Notes: generated by a model not told the origin, from the sequence alone. A DNA stretch of 64,000 nucleotides from an uncultured delta proteobacterium (GCA_963845145.1 CAWJQU010000005.1:416001-480000), one strand, 5' to 3'. Counted from the first letter of the stretch, positions 10,402 to 19,761 are shown. A program made the numbers and translations.

Positions 10402-10944
10402 ATGGACACAAAGGATAAGCACTTGCTTTACGGTCTAGCTGCTGTCTTTTTCTATATCATTCATGCTGGGTATCTGATTATAGTTGGAGAACATTATCAT
10501 TGTATTTGGTCCTGTCATCTGGGGTGCCTATTGGTAGGTGCAGGCCTTGTTTTAAAATCACCACATATTTTTTCGATGGGATTTTTCTGGCTTTTTTTGG
10601 GTGTACCTCTCTGGATATTAAATGTGATCACAAGCCGGGAATTCATGGTGACATCCACCCTTAGCCATTTAGGCGGGCTGACCATTGGCCTATGCAGTCT
10701 GAGTTTCATGAAGGTGCCGAGATATTTCTGGATCATGGCAACAGCCGGGCTTCTCATCCTCGGTCTGTTCAGCAGGCTGGTCACTCCGGAACATGCTAAT
10801 GTTAATCTTGCCTTCCGGGTGTGGGCAGGGTGGGAAAATCTGTTCCCTTCCTATTTCTGGTATGTGGTTATGCTTGTTGCTATTTCTGCGAGCGTATTTT
10901 TTTTGCTGGAACGCACCATCGAGAAACTGGCCTCACCCACATGA
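10402..10944 (+). CDS. integral membrane protein, unknown function
   Basis: ~6 hydrophobic segments, WSCH and NVN motifs; RBS GAGAGGA. Confidence 0.75.
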   Translation: MDTKDKHLLYGLAAVFFYIIHAGYLIIVGEHYHCIWSCHLGCLLVGAGLVLKSPHIFSMGFFWLFLGVPLWILNVITSREFMVTSTLSHLGGLTIGLCSLSFMKVPRYFWIMATAGLLILGLFSRLVTPEHANVNLAFRVWAGWENLFPSYFWYVVMLVAISASVFFLLERTIEKLASPT

Positions 10945-10961
10945 TGAATCTCTGGTATTTT

Positions 10962-12248
10962 TCAAAAGGTCTTTGTTTTCCAAAAAACCTGCGGAATTTT
11001 CAATTTAAGTTGTTTGGCAAAGCGAATCAGTAGCAAAAAGACCATCATAATCATGACCAGTTCAGTCGATTCCTCCCACCAGTCAGCCCAGCCCTGATTT
11101 TCTCTAAAGGGCAGCATTAGGCTAAATCTGAAAAAGGCATAGCTTGAAAATCCGAGGCCGATAAAAAACGGTAACTCTGCTTTTTGCACGCCTGTTTTGC
11201 CTCTCCGAAGCCAAATAAAAGATGCCATAAAAGCAATGGCTCCCAAGATCGGATAAATCCGGAATTCAAAAAAGAGGTTCCAGAAATCCTTATCCCAGAG
11301 CACGTTAGATGCGAATACGGGCATAATAATCTTAAATGGCCTTAAGGGCATCGTTACAGGGATCAAGGCAACAAAGGCAAGGGCAGGGACCATGAAAAGC
11401 GCCAACCGATGGAGACCGCAATTCCCGGAATTATTTTTCCAACACGTCTTACAGAGTCTTTGGAGCAGGCAAGGGCGATCTTGGTCCCTATAGTGGACAA
11501 TCCGTTCATCAAAGAAGAGAAACAACCCCCACTCGAGGAGAAAGAACATCAACACCATGCCTAAACCATGGATGAATTCGAGCTCCGGGCTACTATTTGA
11601 GGCAATCAGGTAATTAAGGGTGCAGGCATTTTCCCCTATAAAAAAGAAAACCATTGCGTTGCGGATCAAAACAAGATCCCTTTCCTTTCTTCTCCATAAG
11701 ATGAGGGCGATCACGAAGCTCAAAAGCACATAGATAGGCTTGATCACAAAAGCGGCCGCCGTAACGGCTAACTGGGTAAGTAAGGATATCTCAACAATGG
11801 GCGGTTCAAGCGCGTTTGCGATAGAACCACTTCCCGTTGAGGGCGAAGAGGGGTAGCCCAAGCGCTGCCATGCCTGCATCCCTTCTCTGAGATTATAGAC
11901 ATTAGGATATCCATGGGACATGATTGTGGCCGCCGCAATCTGGGATTTCCAGCCCGAATAGCAGACCGTGACGATCTGCCTACCCTTGGCCTGCGGATGT
12001 TTCTCAAGAAAGCCATCAATATTGGCTGGATCCAACAAGATAGCCCCGTCAATGCGGCCTTTCTCAAAGGCAGAGTGCTCGCGGATATCCAGAACAAGGG
12101 GATTTGATCCACTGGATAACGCATTTTTCAACTGCTCCGACCCAATGGATTGGATCCCTATGAATCGGGCCGACATATCCTGACAGCCGACTAATAAGAG
12201 TGTAATGAGTAGGAAAAAGGTCCATTTTATACGAATTGATATATCCAT
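10962..12248 (-). CDS. rhodanese domain fused to multi-pass membrane domain
   Basis: LLVGC lipobox-like; LDIRE, GRIDGA, VCYSGWKS, GMQAW; ~7 TM segments with Cys-rich loop. Confidence 0.8.
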   Translation of the reverse strand: MDISIRIKWTFFLLITLLLVGCQDMSARFIGIQSIGSEQLKNALSSGSNPLVLDIREHSAFEKGRIDGAILLDPANIDGFLEKHPQAKGRQIVTVCYSGWKSQIAAATIMSHGYPNVYNLREGMQAWQRLGYPSSPSTGSGSIANALEPPIVEISLLTQLAVTAAAFVIKPIYVLLSFVIALILWRRKERDLVLIRNAMVFFFIGENACTLNYLIASNSSPELEFIHGLGMVLMFFLLEWGLFLFFDERIVHYRDQDRPCLLQRLCKTCWKNNSGNCGLHRLALFMVPALAFVALIPVTMPLRPFKIIMPVFASNVLWDKDFWNLFFEFRIYPILGAIAFMASFIWLRRGKTGVQKAELPFFIGLGFSSYAFFRFSLMLPFRENQGWADWWEESTELVMIMMVFLLLIRFAKQLKLKIPQVFWKTKTF

Positions 12249-12511
12249 ACACGATCAAACCTAAAGTGCGCTTATACCGCTTCACAATTTGGCCCGGTAC
12301 ACCCCTTGATCACCTGCCGTAGGGTGAATGCGATAATGAATGTGAGGTGAAATATATCTCCATAGAACGCCTGCGGCTCCATGAGGTCATGACACTCTCT
12401 TTCAGAATTTGCAAACTTTCCGCCACTTGCGCTACGGATAGTTAAACAGTTCCAACATTTACGATAGGTGACGGCATCCGACATTTCCCCGCAATCGGTT
12501 CTTGATCTTTT

Positions 12512-13885
12512 TTAACCGATCCTTAATAAGCCTAGCGGCAGGGGCAAGGCTGGGATGTCGTGGATGGTGGTTTTCCGTTTTGACCGGGTCAAAATCAATC
12601 CATTGGCATATTTCTTAATTTGAGATAGTTGTTTGGGCCGAACCTGGTTTGTCCATTTCACTTCTACCGGCCAAAAACGGTTTTTTTGTACATAGGCAAT
12701 GTCAACTTCACCTTTGGCTTTGATATAGAATGTCGGAAAACGCCTTTGATAGTGCGTTACGGCGCATGCCTCTACCAACGTACCCATCTGTTCCGAATCA
12801 TGAAACAGCTGTTTGACCTGATCTTTAAAAGGATCTTCACAGGGCCACAACCACGACTTGACGGCATGATAAATGAATGGGTCTGTAAAAAATACTTTTT
12901 TAGCCTTCTTCGGTGCTGCGATTAATTTATCCTCAATTAGGGCCGATTGGACAAACACCGCATCCATGGACTCCAGCAATGCCATGTAATCCGCGATGGT
13001 TTTGGGGTGATCGATGGATAGATCTTTTGAAAGGGCATTCCAGGTGACCTGGCTTCCGTACCTTTTGATTATGGCCTGTAATATTTCTATAAGAAAGTGT
13101 TCCTTTTTATGCCGCTTGAGCACATCTCCCCTGATCCAATCGCTATAAGTCGAAAATGTGCCGGGTAATATTTTCCCATAGGCGGCCATATCGTTGATGG
13201 CGGTTAAAAAACCGCCATGTGATAAGTATAAATCAAATTCAGTATAAAGCTGGTCCAAAAGGGAATCGGGAACATGCGCATCGTCATGCATAAGTCGGTT
13301 GATGTTATCAGCCGAAATGATCTTGTGAAGGGCTACAAATTCCATGAAGCTGAGTGGAAGTAGATGAAAATCCACCACTCCCGATTTCCCCCGTCTTCCC
13401 GGAAACCGCATCCTAGCCTCTTTGATAATTCCCACATCAGAACCGGTTACGACCATGACGGTCTGCTCAAGCATACCGGCGTCTGCAAGATATTTAATTC
13501 CTTTGTCCCAATCTCGGATGTAGGTAACTTCGTCGAGTATCAGGTAGTTCGTCGATGAAGTAGGGATCGTTTTTATTATGTCTCCAATGAGCCTGACAAG
13601 AGAGTGATGATCATCAATCAATTCACCGGTTAAATAGGTGACGCATCGAGGCTGGGTGCCAAGATCGAGTAACTGGGCCATCCACTGTTTAATAAGGGTC
13701 GTTTTTCCAATCTGTCTGCCACCGCTCAAGCTATAAATACCCGGATCGGCAGTTGGCAATCGGTCGAGAGTGGAAGACCGGTGGATCAATGGCTGCCTGG
13801 CGAGTAGCCTCAAGTGTGGATCGAGGTCTTCAAAACCTTCACGGCTTTCCAGATGGGTATTGTGAGGCAAGAATCTTGGGTCCAT
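12512..13885 (-). CDS. AAA_14 ATPase with DUF4143 and C-terminal PD-(D/E)xK-like motif
   Basis: Walker A GGRQIGKT, Walker B ILDEV, VTGS, GGF, KKVFFTDP, EVDIAY..PVEVKW. Confidence 0.88.
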   Translation of the reverse strand: MDPRFLPHNTHLESREGFEDLDPHLRLLARQPLIHRSSTLDRLPTADPGIYSLSGGRQIGKTTLIKQWMAQLLDLGTQPRCVTYLTGELIDDHHSLVRLIGDIIKTIPTSSTNYLILDEVTYIRDWDKGIKYLADAGMLEQTVMVVTGSDVGIIKEARMRFPGRRGKSGVVDFHLLPLSFMEFVALHKIISADNINRLMHDDAHVPDSLLDQLYTEFDLYLSHGGFLTAINDMAAYGKILPGTFSTYSDWIRGDVLKRHKKEHFLIEILQAIIKRYGSQVTWNALSKDLSIDHPKTIADYMALLESMDAVFVQSALIEDKLIAAPKKAKKVFFTDPFIYHAVKSWLWPCEDPFKDQVKQLFHDSEQMGTLVEACAVTHYQRRFPTFYIKAKGEVDIAYVQKNRFWPVEVKWTNQVRPKQLSQIKKYANGLILTRSKRKTTIHDIPALPLPLGLLRIG

Positions 13886-13904
13886 TCTTAAAACCTTCTG
13901 TAGT

Positions 13905-13952
13905 TTTGTATATTAGTCAATGAATAAATTTATTCATTGACTAATATACAAA
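13905..13952. promoter_or_regulatory. perfect 48-bp palindrome with no spacer, upstream of the AAA ATPase
   Basis: TTTGTATATTAGTCAATGAATAAA|TTTATTCATTGACTAATATACAAA; ends about 20 bp before ATG; minus-strand TTGACA at 13969-13964. Confidence 0.85.
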
Positions 13953-14013
13953 TAAATGTGCCCTGTCAATTCGCTTTATAAAATTCTCTCGCTGCACATA
14001 TTGCTTGGCGACC

Positions 14014-14030
14014 GTAACCCCGTGGGTTAC
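14014..14030. promoter_or_regulatory. inverted repeat, probable HigA-type operator
   Basis: GTAACCC-CGT-GGGTTAC just upstream of the higB relic. Confidence 0.55.
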
Positions 14031-14042
14031 ATTCAGTTAATC

Positions 14043-14111
14043 ATGATAAAATCCTTTAAACATAAGGACTTGGACAAAAATATTTTTCCACGGAAAGCAA
14101 GAAAGGTATAA
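14043..14111 (+). pseudogene. higB: HigB/RelE-family toxin N-terminal relic
   Basis: MIKSFKHKDLDK then, after a frameshift, YFSTESKKGI; matches the MIKSFKHKGL..F..G...GI start of HigB; the rest is deleted. Confidence 0.65.
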
Positions 14112-14114
14112 AAA

Positions 14115-14237
14115 ATGCGAAGAATGATTAGGCGCCCAACACATCCGGGCAATATAATTAAAGAAGACTATCTTTTGCCTCTATCCATTACAATTAAAAA
14201 TATGGCTGCAACGCCCGGTAACAAGTACGTCACTTAA
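14115..14237 (+). pseudogene. higA: HigA-family antitoxin, truncated (40 aa)
   Basis: MRRMIRRPTHPGNIIKEDYLLPLSITIKNMAA, the HPG motif of HigA/VapI; stops within the HTH. Confidence 0.7.
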
Positions 14238-14295
14238 AAGAACTTGTGAAGCTTCAGCCAACACACTGGTATTGAGTTGAACCGACGTTACTATA

Positions 14296-14400
14296 GATGG
14301 TAAGGTGAAAAGAGAGGATTGTTGGACACAGAGCATTGCCACCAGAACCCTGGCGTTCGTCGAGGCAGTTAGAATGCAGACGCGCAGCTTAGCAATCAGT
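14296..14400 (+). pseudogene. possible C-terminal relic of a REP-associated tyrosine transposase
   Basis: Translates REDCWTQSIATRTLAFVEAVR, resembling the R...WT.SIAVGS..FVE tail of these transposases. Confidence 0.4.
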
Positions 14401-14403
14401 ATT

Positions 14404-14566
14404 TCAAAATCTTTGAAATTTTGAACGATATTCGGAAGGTAACAGTCTTGTGTTTTTTACGAAAATTTTTCGAAATGACCGCTGTTTTGATAACCAATTG
14501 ATAGGTTATTTCATCAAAGGACAACATTGTATTTTCGAGTAGGGATTTAGCCTTTTGAACTTTCAG
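14404..14566 (-). pseudogene. AraC-family (GlxA-like) HTH C-terminal relic
   Basis: LKVQKAKSLLENTMLSFDEITYQL / GYQNSGHF / KIFVKNT / LLPSEYRSKF across frameshifts. Confidence 0.6.
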
Positions 14567-14848
14567 GAAGCTTTAAGCTACGGAACCGATATGATAGGCC
14601 CCGGCATTATGATGAAAGCGCTGAAAATGGATTAAAGAAAATCCCACGGATATCAAAGAAGAGGGTGAAATATTCGACAGGAAAAAATAGGGACGTCTAT
14701 GATTATTTGCCTTTTAAAATACCTCAAATCAATTCAATCTTCTAACGGAAAGCGAAACATTCCCCTTGACCTCGACCACTGGTCCAGCATAGCCCTACAA
14801 ATAATATCCTACTGGCTTGCCCAAACATCAAACACCGGACCCAATCCA

Positions 14849-15775
14849 TTATGGCCTTATCTCAACAAGTGTACCATTGGGCACTAGCCGTTCAATCTCC
14901 TCCATCTCTTCGTCCGTAACGGCAATACACCCTTTGGTCCAATCGGTTTGTGCATGAAAAGAACCCGCCCAGGAAAAGCCATTTTTAATACCATGAATCA
15001 TGATATCTCCACCTGGGGAAACACCCAGATTTTTGGCTCGCTTTTTGTCTGTCTCGTTGGGATAGGAAATACGAAGCGATAAGTGGTAGGCACTACCCCT
15101 GTTTCTCGATTCGATGGTGTAGGTTCCCTCCGGGGTTTTGTTATCGCCCTGCCTTTCTTTCGGGCCAACCGGGTTTCCCCCCAGGGCTATTCTATAGGTT
15201 TTAATCACCTCGCCCCTTGAGAACAGCGTCAACTGTCGCGCTTTCTTTTCTATCAGAATTTTATCTGCCGGTCCCGTCCTCAGTTCGAAAAGCTTTTGCT
15301 CTATCGTTTCAATCTTTTCTATGAGTGCGATATTCTCATTCTCTTTGTCTTTAACCTCTTGGCGGGAAATCTCGATCTGTGTCCGCTGCGCGGCAATAGT
15401 TTTATCTTTGAAGATAACATTTTGGATTTGATGTATCATCACCTGGCTGTCTTGCCTGTATTCGCTAACCGGATAATCCTTTACGATTTTCTGAAAGCAC
15501 GCCAGCGCTTTCTGATAGTCTTTTTGTTCGTTCCCAGGATGGGCATGAATAATGCCCATCTCAAAAAGAACCCTGTCTGCGGTCTCAGGATCTTTTTGAA
15601 TGAGTTGCTCGTATTTTCTAAGCGAAGCATCGTATTCTCCCTGGTTGAAAAAATCGTTTGCCTCTTTGGAGATCAACCGGGCCTGATGCCCGTCATCAAT
15701 GGAACGGCATCCGAATATCAAAATAGTTGTCAGTAGGGTGATGTAAACGAAGAAAAGGCGAAGATTCTTAACCAA
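14849..15775 (-). CDS. YafK/DpaA-like L,D-transpeptidase-family lipoprotein with TPR and coiled-coil region
   Basis: IFGC lipobox; TPR helices; GPKERQGDNKTPEG, LRISYPN, IMIHG..WTKGCIA; start uncertain (TTG 15775 or 15844). Confidence 0.85.
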   Translation of the reverse strand: MVKNLRLFFVYITLLTTILIFGCRSIDDGHQARLISKEANDFFNQGEYDASLRKYEQLIQKDPETADRVLFEMGIIHAHPGNEQKDYQKALACFQKIVKDYPVSEYRQDSQVMIHQIQNVIFKDKTIAAQRTQIEISRQEVKDKENENIALIEKIETIEQKLFELRTGPADKILIEKKARQLTLFSRGEVIKTYRIALGGNPVGPKERQGDNKTPEGTYTIESRNRGSAYHLSLRISYPNETDKKRAKNLGVSPGGDIMIHGIKNGFSWAGSFHAQTDWTKGCIAVTDEEMEEIERLVPNGTLVEIRP

Positions 15776-15938
15776 ACATCCCCGCCTTTTGCCTACATCT
15801 GTCTTGGTGCTTGTTGTTGACGTACCTGATGATTGCAAAACCAATCCTCTTACGGCTCTATTCGCAATGCATTCAATACAGAATGGTGAAAATAAAAGGA
15901 AGTGGCAGCGCTTTAAGTCCTCCCACTTCCTTTCCGGT

Positions 15939-16265
15939 TTACTTCTTCATTGATTTCTTGAACACAGCTTCAGCCTGTTTTGCTTTTTCCTCCGCGATTC
16001 GCTCCTTTTCAGCGGCAATTTTCTCTCTTTCTTCCGCCCTTTTTTCAGCGGCCTCAGCGCGAACCGTCGCGTCATTTGCTTTCATCAAGGCTTCATCGGC
16101 TGCGGCCTTGGCAGCCTGGGCATCCATAGCTGCCTGATCCGCTTTGGCGCTGATTGCCTTTTCACGGGCCTGCATCTGTTCAAGATCGCCTTTAGTTGCA
16201 CAACCCCCAAGGGCAAAAGCGAGAGCAAGCATCACTGTGATCATCAAAAGACTTTTTTTCATCAT
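15939..16265 (-). CDS. Lpp/OprI-like alanine-zipper outer membrane lipoprotein
   Basis: Signal peptide, LGGC lipobox, Ala-rich heptads, C-terminal ..KSMKK; RBS AAAGGAG. Confidence 0.85.
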   Translation of the reverse strand: MMKKSLLMITVMLALAFALGGCATKGDLEQMQAREKAISAKADQAAMDAQAAKAAADEALMKANDATVRAEAAEKRAEEREKIAAEKERIAEEKAKQAEAVFKKSMKK

Positions 16266-16368
16266 GTAAACAACTCCTTTCTCTTCGGTTTGTATTACCA
16301 TAACAACGGCTTAAGAAGCGCCGCGTTACATCATAAGAAATAACCCCGTTGGCAAACTGTTGGCCGGG

Positions 16369-17691
16369 CTATTTCTTCTCTACAGGTTCGACCAATATTC
16401 CGTCTATTTCCAAGTCTATTTTGAGGCGTTTCACTGCGTCTTCGGCCTCGCTTATATTATTGAAAGGGCCGGCGAGAACGCGGTGTTTGCCGATAGCCGA
16501 CAACACCCTCGCGGGGATTTGTGGGCCCTGATGGTTAATCATTGCGGTTAGTCTTTGAGCCTCAACCTTGTCTGGAATAACAGCGGCCATAACATACCAC
16601 GCATCTGTTTTGAGCTCCGGTACTTCCGGTTTGCCGTACAGCTTGTCCGGGTGCCTTAGTCTTATAGGCTCCGCAACACCCGTTGCACCTCCATGGCGGA
16701 TCTCTGATAGAGGAACCGGGATGCCGCGAACTTCGGACACGATTTTCTTGACCTTATTCCAGTCAAACGTGCTTCCCAACCTCTTTTCGATCTTTTTCAA
16801 TTTCGCATAGGCCTTCTTCAACTCAGCGTTGCCTGATGCTGCAGGGGGCGTATGCGCTTCCATGTAAACCACCCCATCCCGTTGACCTATGAGATATGGC
16901 TGGTTGACAATTCTCACAGGTGTTTTTACCGGGGTGCTTTCGAAAAGCCGCTTAATGTCTTCCGGATAGAGTCTTATGCAGCCGTTGGTTGACCTGAGGC
17001 CGACGCTGGCCGGTTTATTTGTACCATGGACCAAATAACTTGGCTTGCTTAAATAGAGAGCGTGTTCTCCCAATGGGTTCAGAGGTCCCGGCAGAATTTT
17101 GTCCGGCAGGGGATCTCCCTTTTTCCGGTGATCTTTAGCGATCGAGGCAGGCACATACCAGGTCGGCCGGAACTTCTTGCGCCGTATAGCCATTCGACCC
17201 ATGGGGGTGGGCCGCTCCGGGGTACCGACACCGATCGGGTAGGTCGATACGGCCAACTGGTTGCTATCTCTTTTAAAAAAGAAGATCCTCATAGCAGCCA
17301 AGTTAATCACGATACCTTTTCTGCGGGTGTCCGGCAAAATAAAGCTCAGAGGCAAAAGGACACGTTCTCCGGCTTTGGGCACCCATACATCAACCCCCGG
17401 ATTGGCTGAACTGACTGTATTGACTCCCAAGCTGTAGTGTCTCGCAATATCCGGCAGCGTATCCCCCTTTTTGAGCCTGACGACCGCCAGCCGGCCAATG
17501 ACGTCCTCCCCTTTTTCAACAATAAAATCATTTCGTTCGATCTCATTCTCCAGATGGCGTGAGACCCGCAGGTCCACCAGTCCTTCCCTCATAACCGCAC
17601 AACCAGGGAGAAATAAGATACACATCAATAAAATTGCAGGATGAAGCCTGTTTAATATGGGCGACAACCTAATAATTCGGCGCAGGGTCAT
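16369..17691 (-). CDS. ErfK/YbiS-type L,D-transpeptidase with LysM and C-terminal SPOR domain
   Basis: LPGC lipobox; KKGDTLPDIARHY; VINLAAMR; PTWYVP; GPLNPLG; HGTN..STNGCIRL; HRVLAGPF; start uncertain. Confidence 0.88.
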   Translation of the reverse strand: MTLRRIIRLSPILNRLHPAILLMCILFLPGCAVMREGLVDLRVSRHLENEIERNDFIVEKGEDVIGRLAVVRLKKGDTLPDIARHYSLGVNTVSSANPGVDVWVPKAGERVLLPLSFILPDTRRKGIVINLAAMRIFFFKRDSNQLAVSTYPIGVGTPERPTPMGRMAIRRKKFRPTWYVPASIAKDHRKKGDPLPDKILPGPLNPLGEHALYLSKPSYLVHGTNKPASVGLRSTNGCIRLYPEDIKRLFESTPVKTPVRIVNQPYLIGQRDGVVYMEAHTPPAASGNAELKKAYAKLKKIEKRLGSTFDWNKVKKIVSEVRGIPVPLSEIRHGGATGVAEPIRLRHPDKLYGKPEVPELKTDAWYVMAAVIPDKVEAQRLTAMINHQGPQIPARVLSAIGKHRVLAGPFNNISEAEDAVKRLKIDLEIDGILVEPVEKK

Positions 17692-17982
17692 GTAAACTAT
17701 CTCGTTTAATGAAGAAAATTTAAAAACCATCTTACGGCAAAACCGGATTGTATTGACGCGCAAGGATCAATTCCAACGCAAGAACAGTATTACATATCAA
17801 GATTCGCCGATATATTCAAAATTAAGCTTTTATAAAGAAAAATAGAGATCACTGTCAATCCGCTTTATATCAAATGATGGGATACCAATGTTGAAAATAA
17901 CATTGTATGTCCAGAGGAAAGCATAAATCCTAACGTCACATAAATGCTTGGACGCCCCAATTTTTTCTCAATTTTTTCCAAC

Positions 17983-18342
17983 TTATTTGTAGGCCTGTTC
18001 GATCGCTTTTTGCGCCGCATTCATGATTACGACACTGCTGTTCGTCGCACCGGACACTACGTCCACCCGAGTTGACTGTTGCGCCTTGATTCTTTGAGGG
18101 ATGACGGTGTTGGCCCTGGCACCTTTCCAGGACGAAAAATGCCTGACCAGTTCCACATTTTCGATACGACTTTCGACAATGGTGACTTTTACCACAGCGC
18201 TGTTGGGCCCATTGCGGTAATGGCCTTTATAAACACCATCTTTTAATGGATGTCCTTCAAAATCGGCGCCAATCATCAACGCTGTCTGGCAGCCGGCCAG
18301 CAGCAGAACAATGGCAAGCAAACTAAATCGGATGTATTGCAT
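17983..18342 (-). CDS. FMN-binding domain lipoprotein
   Basis: LAGC lipobox; LKDGVYKG; VDVVSGATNSS flavinylation motif. Confidence 0.85.
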   Translation of the reverse strand: MQYIRFSLLAIVLLLAGCQTALMIGADFEGHPLKDGVYKGHYRNGPNSAVVKVTIVESRIENVELVRHFSSWKGARANTVIPQRIKAQQSTRVDVVSGATNSSVVIMNAAQKAIEQAYK

Positions 18343-18420
18343 ATTTCTACCTTGATTGGGTTTTGGCATATGGTGTCTGTTTATAACCTTTTGAATTTTC
18401 TGAATAGTGCTGATCTGAGA

Positions 18421-18618
18421 TTAGTCGTGAATATTTTTGACTCTCCCCACGAGCCCGTTTTCCAAGCGAACCTTGATCCCGTGTGGATGGGTGGCAGACT
18501 TTGTCAGGAGGTCCCGGACAATGCCTTCGGTGAGCTTTCCGGTTCTCTGATCTTTTTTTAACACAATGGAAACTTTCAGGCCGGCAACAATATCGACTCT
18601 TTTGGTTCCGTCAGTCAT
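18421..18618 (-). CDS. YwbE family (DUF2196) small protein
   Basis: VLKKDQRTGKLTEGIVRDLLTKSATHPHGIKVRL..G.VGRV. Confidence 0.88.
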   Translation of the reverse strand: MTDGTKRVDIVAGLKVSIVLKKDQRTGKLTEGIVRDLLTKSATHPHGIKVRLENGLVGRVKNIHD

Positions 18619-18642
18619 ATGGCAATTCCTTTTTTTAAACCC

Positions 18643-18798
18643 TGATGGCTTCGTAAAAAGCCCAATTACTGCGTTGCGCTTCATCCCGTCGTGATTGCGG
18701 CGTACGAAAAGTACGCCTCATCACACGGGATTCGCGACGCCTTGAACTTGGCCTTTTTTCTTTGCCATCCCTTTTGATGACTTTTTACGTTTTCATCA
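18643..18798. mobile_element. ~156-bp MITE/REP-like element with terminal inverted repeats
   Basis: TGATGGCTTCGTAAAAAG ... CTTTTTACGTTTTCATCA; internal hairpin GGCGTAC-GAAAA-GTACGCC; ACCC on both flanks. Confidence 0.75.
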
Positions 18799-18822
18799 AC
18801 CCTAGCGATGCGCATTATTTTG

Positions 18823-19032
18823 TTAATAGTGGGGTGGCTTTTCATTAGTCGGCGCATTGATTTCCGGAATAAATTTCGAGAGCTCTCTCACGCGTTTTAC
18901 CAAAGCATCACAGGTGGCACCCAGCTTTTGTATCTCCTGCACCTGTTCATACAAAACATCATTAAGGTCCCTGACGGTCTTTTCCTGAAAAGCGATTTTG
19001 GTCTCAATTTCCACCAGACGTTTTTCACTCAT
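18823..19032 (-). CDS. slyX: SlyX family protein
   Basis: RLVEIETKIAFQEKTV..LNDV, C-terminal EKPPHY. Confidence 0.9.
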   Translation of the reverse strand: MSEKRLVEIETKIAFQEKTVRDLNDVLYEQVQEIQKLGATCDALVKRVRELSKFIPEINAPTNEKPPHY

Positions 19033-19086
19033 TTTATTGTCTATCCTCCAGAGCCATGTATCGAGATTAAATAAAGTATATGGCGG

Positions 19087-19761
19087 TCAAGGTCTTTCCG
19101 CAAGCCAGATAATCCGCTTGCCGCCTTTTCCGGATTTGCGCGCACGAACAGTCACGCTTTCCGTCTGGAATCCGCACTGTACAAGGCGACGCGTAAAGGC
19201 CTCATCGGCCTCGGATGACCAGACAGCTAAAATCCCTCCGGGGCAAAGGGCGGAAAAGGATGTTCTCAAACCGGATCTGGTGTAGAGGCGGTCGTTATCT
19301 TTCCGAGTAAGCCCTTCAGGACCGTTGTCGACATCAAGGAGTATCGCATCCCATATGGATTTGCTTTTCCTGATGGTTTGGCCCACATCTTCTACTATAA
19401 CAGATACCCGATTGTCATTTAGTGGTTCTCCTGCGAGGTGCCCTAAATGTTCCCGGTTCCATCTAACGACTGCCGGTATCAGCTCGGATACGGTGATGCG
19501 TGTATCCGACGCAGAATATTCAAGCGCCGCCGCCAGGGTATAGCCCATGCCAAGCCCGCCTATGAGAATACGACAGCCGGTTTTTCGTTTAATACGATTG
19601 CATGTGAGCTCCGCCAGTGCACCTTCGGATCCTTTAAGACCGCTGTTCATCAACTCAACCCCCGAGGTTCGGATCGAAAACGCCTTACCTCGCCTCAGCA
19701 GTGTGATTTCTCCTTTCTGGCCGGGTATTTTAGACCGATCTAGTTTTTCCCAGGGGATCAC
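19087..19761 (-). CDS. spermidine-synthase-like SAM-dependent protein
   Basis: ELMNS, IGGLGMGYT, ILLDVDNGP, LAVWS. Confidence 0.85.
   Translation of the reverse strand: MIPWEKLDRSKIPGQKGEITLLRRGKAFSIRTSGVELMNSGLKGSEGALAELTCNRIKRKTGCRILIGGLGMGYTLAAALEYSASDTRITVSELIPAVVRWNREHLGHLAGEPLNDNRVSVIVEDVGQTIRKSKSIWDAILLDVDNGPEGLTRKDNDRLYTRSGLRTSFSALCPGGILAVWSSEADEAFTRRLVQCGFQTESVTVRARKSGKGGKRIIWLAERP

Noticed and set aside
12272..12484. 70-aa minus-strand ORF or possible mobile-element end between the rhodanese and ATPase genes
   Set aside because: No recognisable motif, terminal repeat or partner end could be established.
14699..14887. 62-aa plus-strand ORF
   Set aside because: No motif, and it overlaps the end of the Ldt gene on the other strand.
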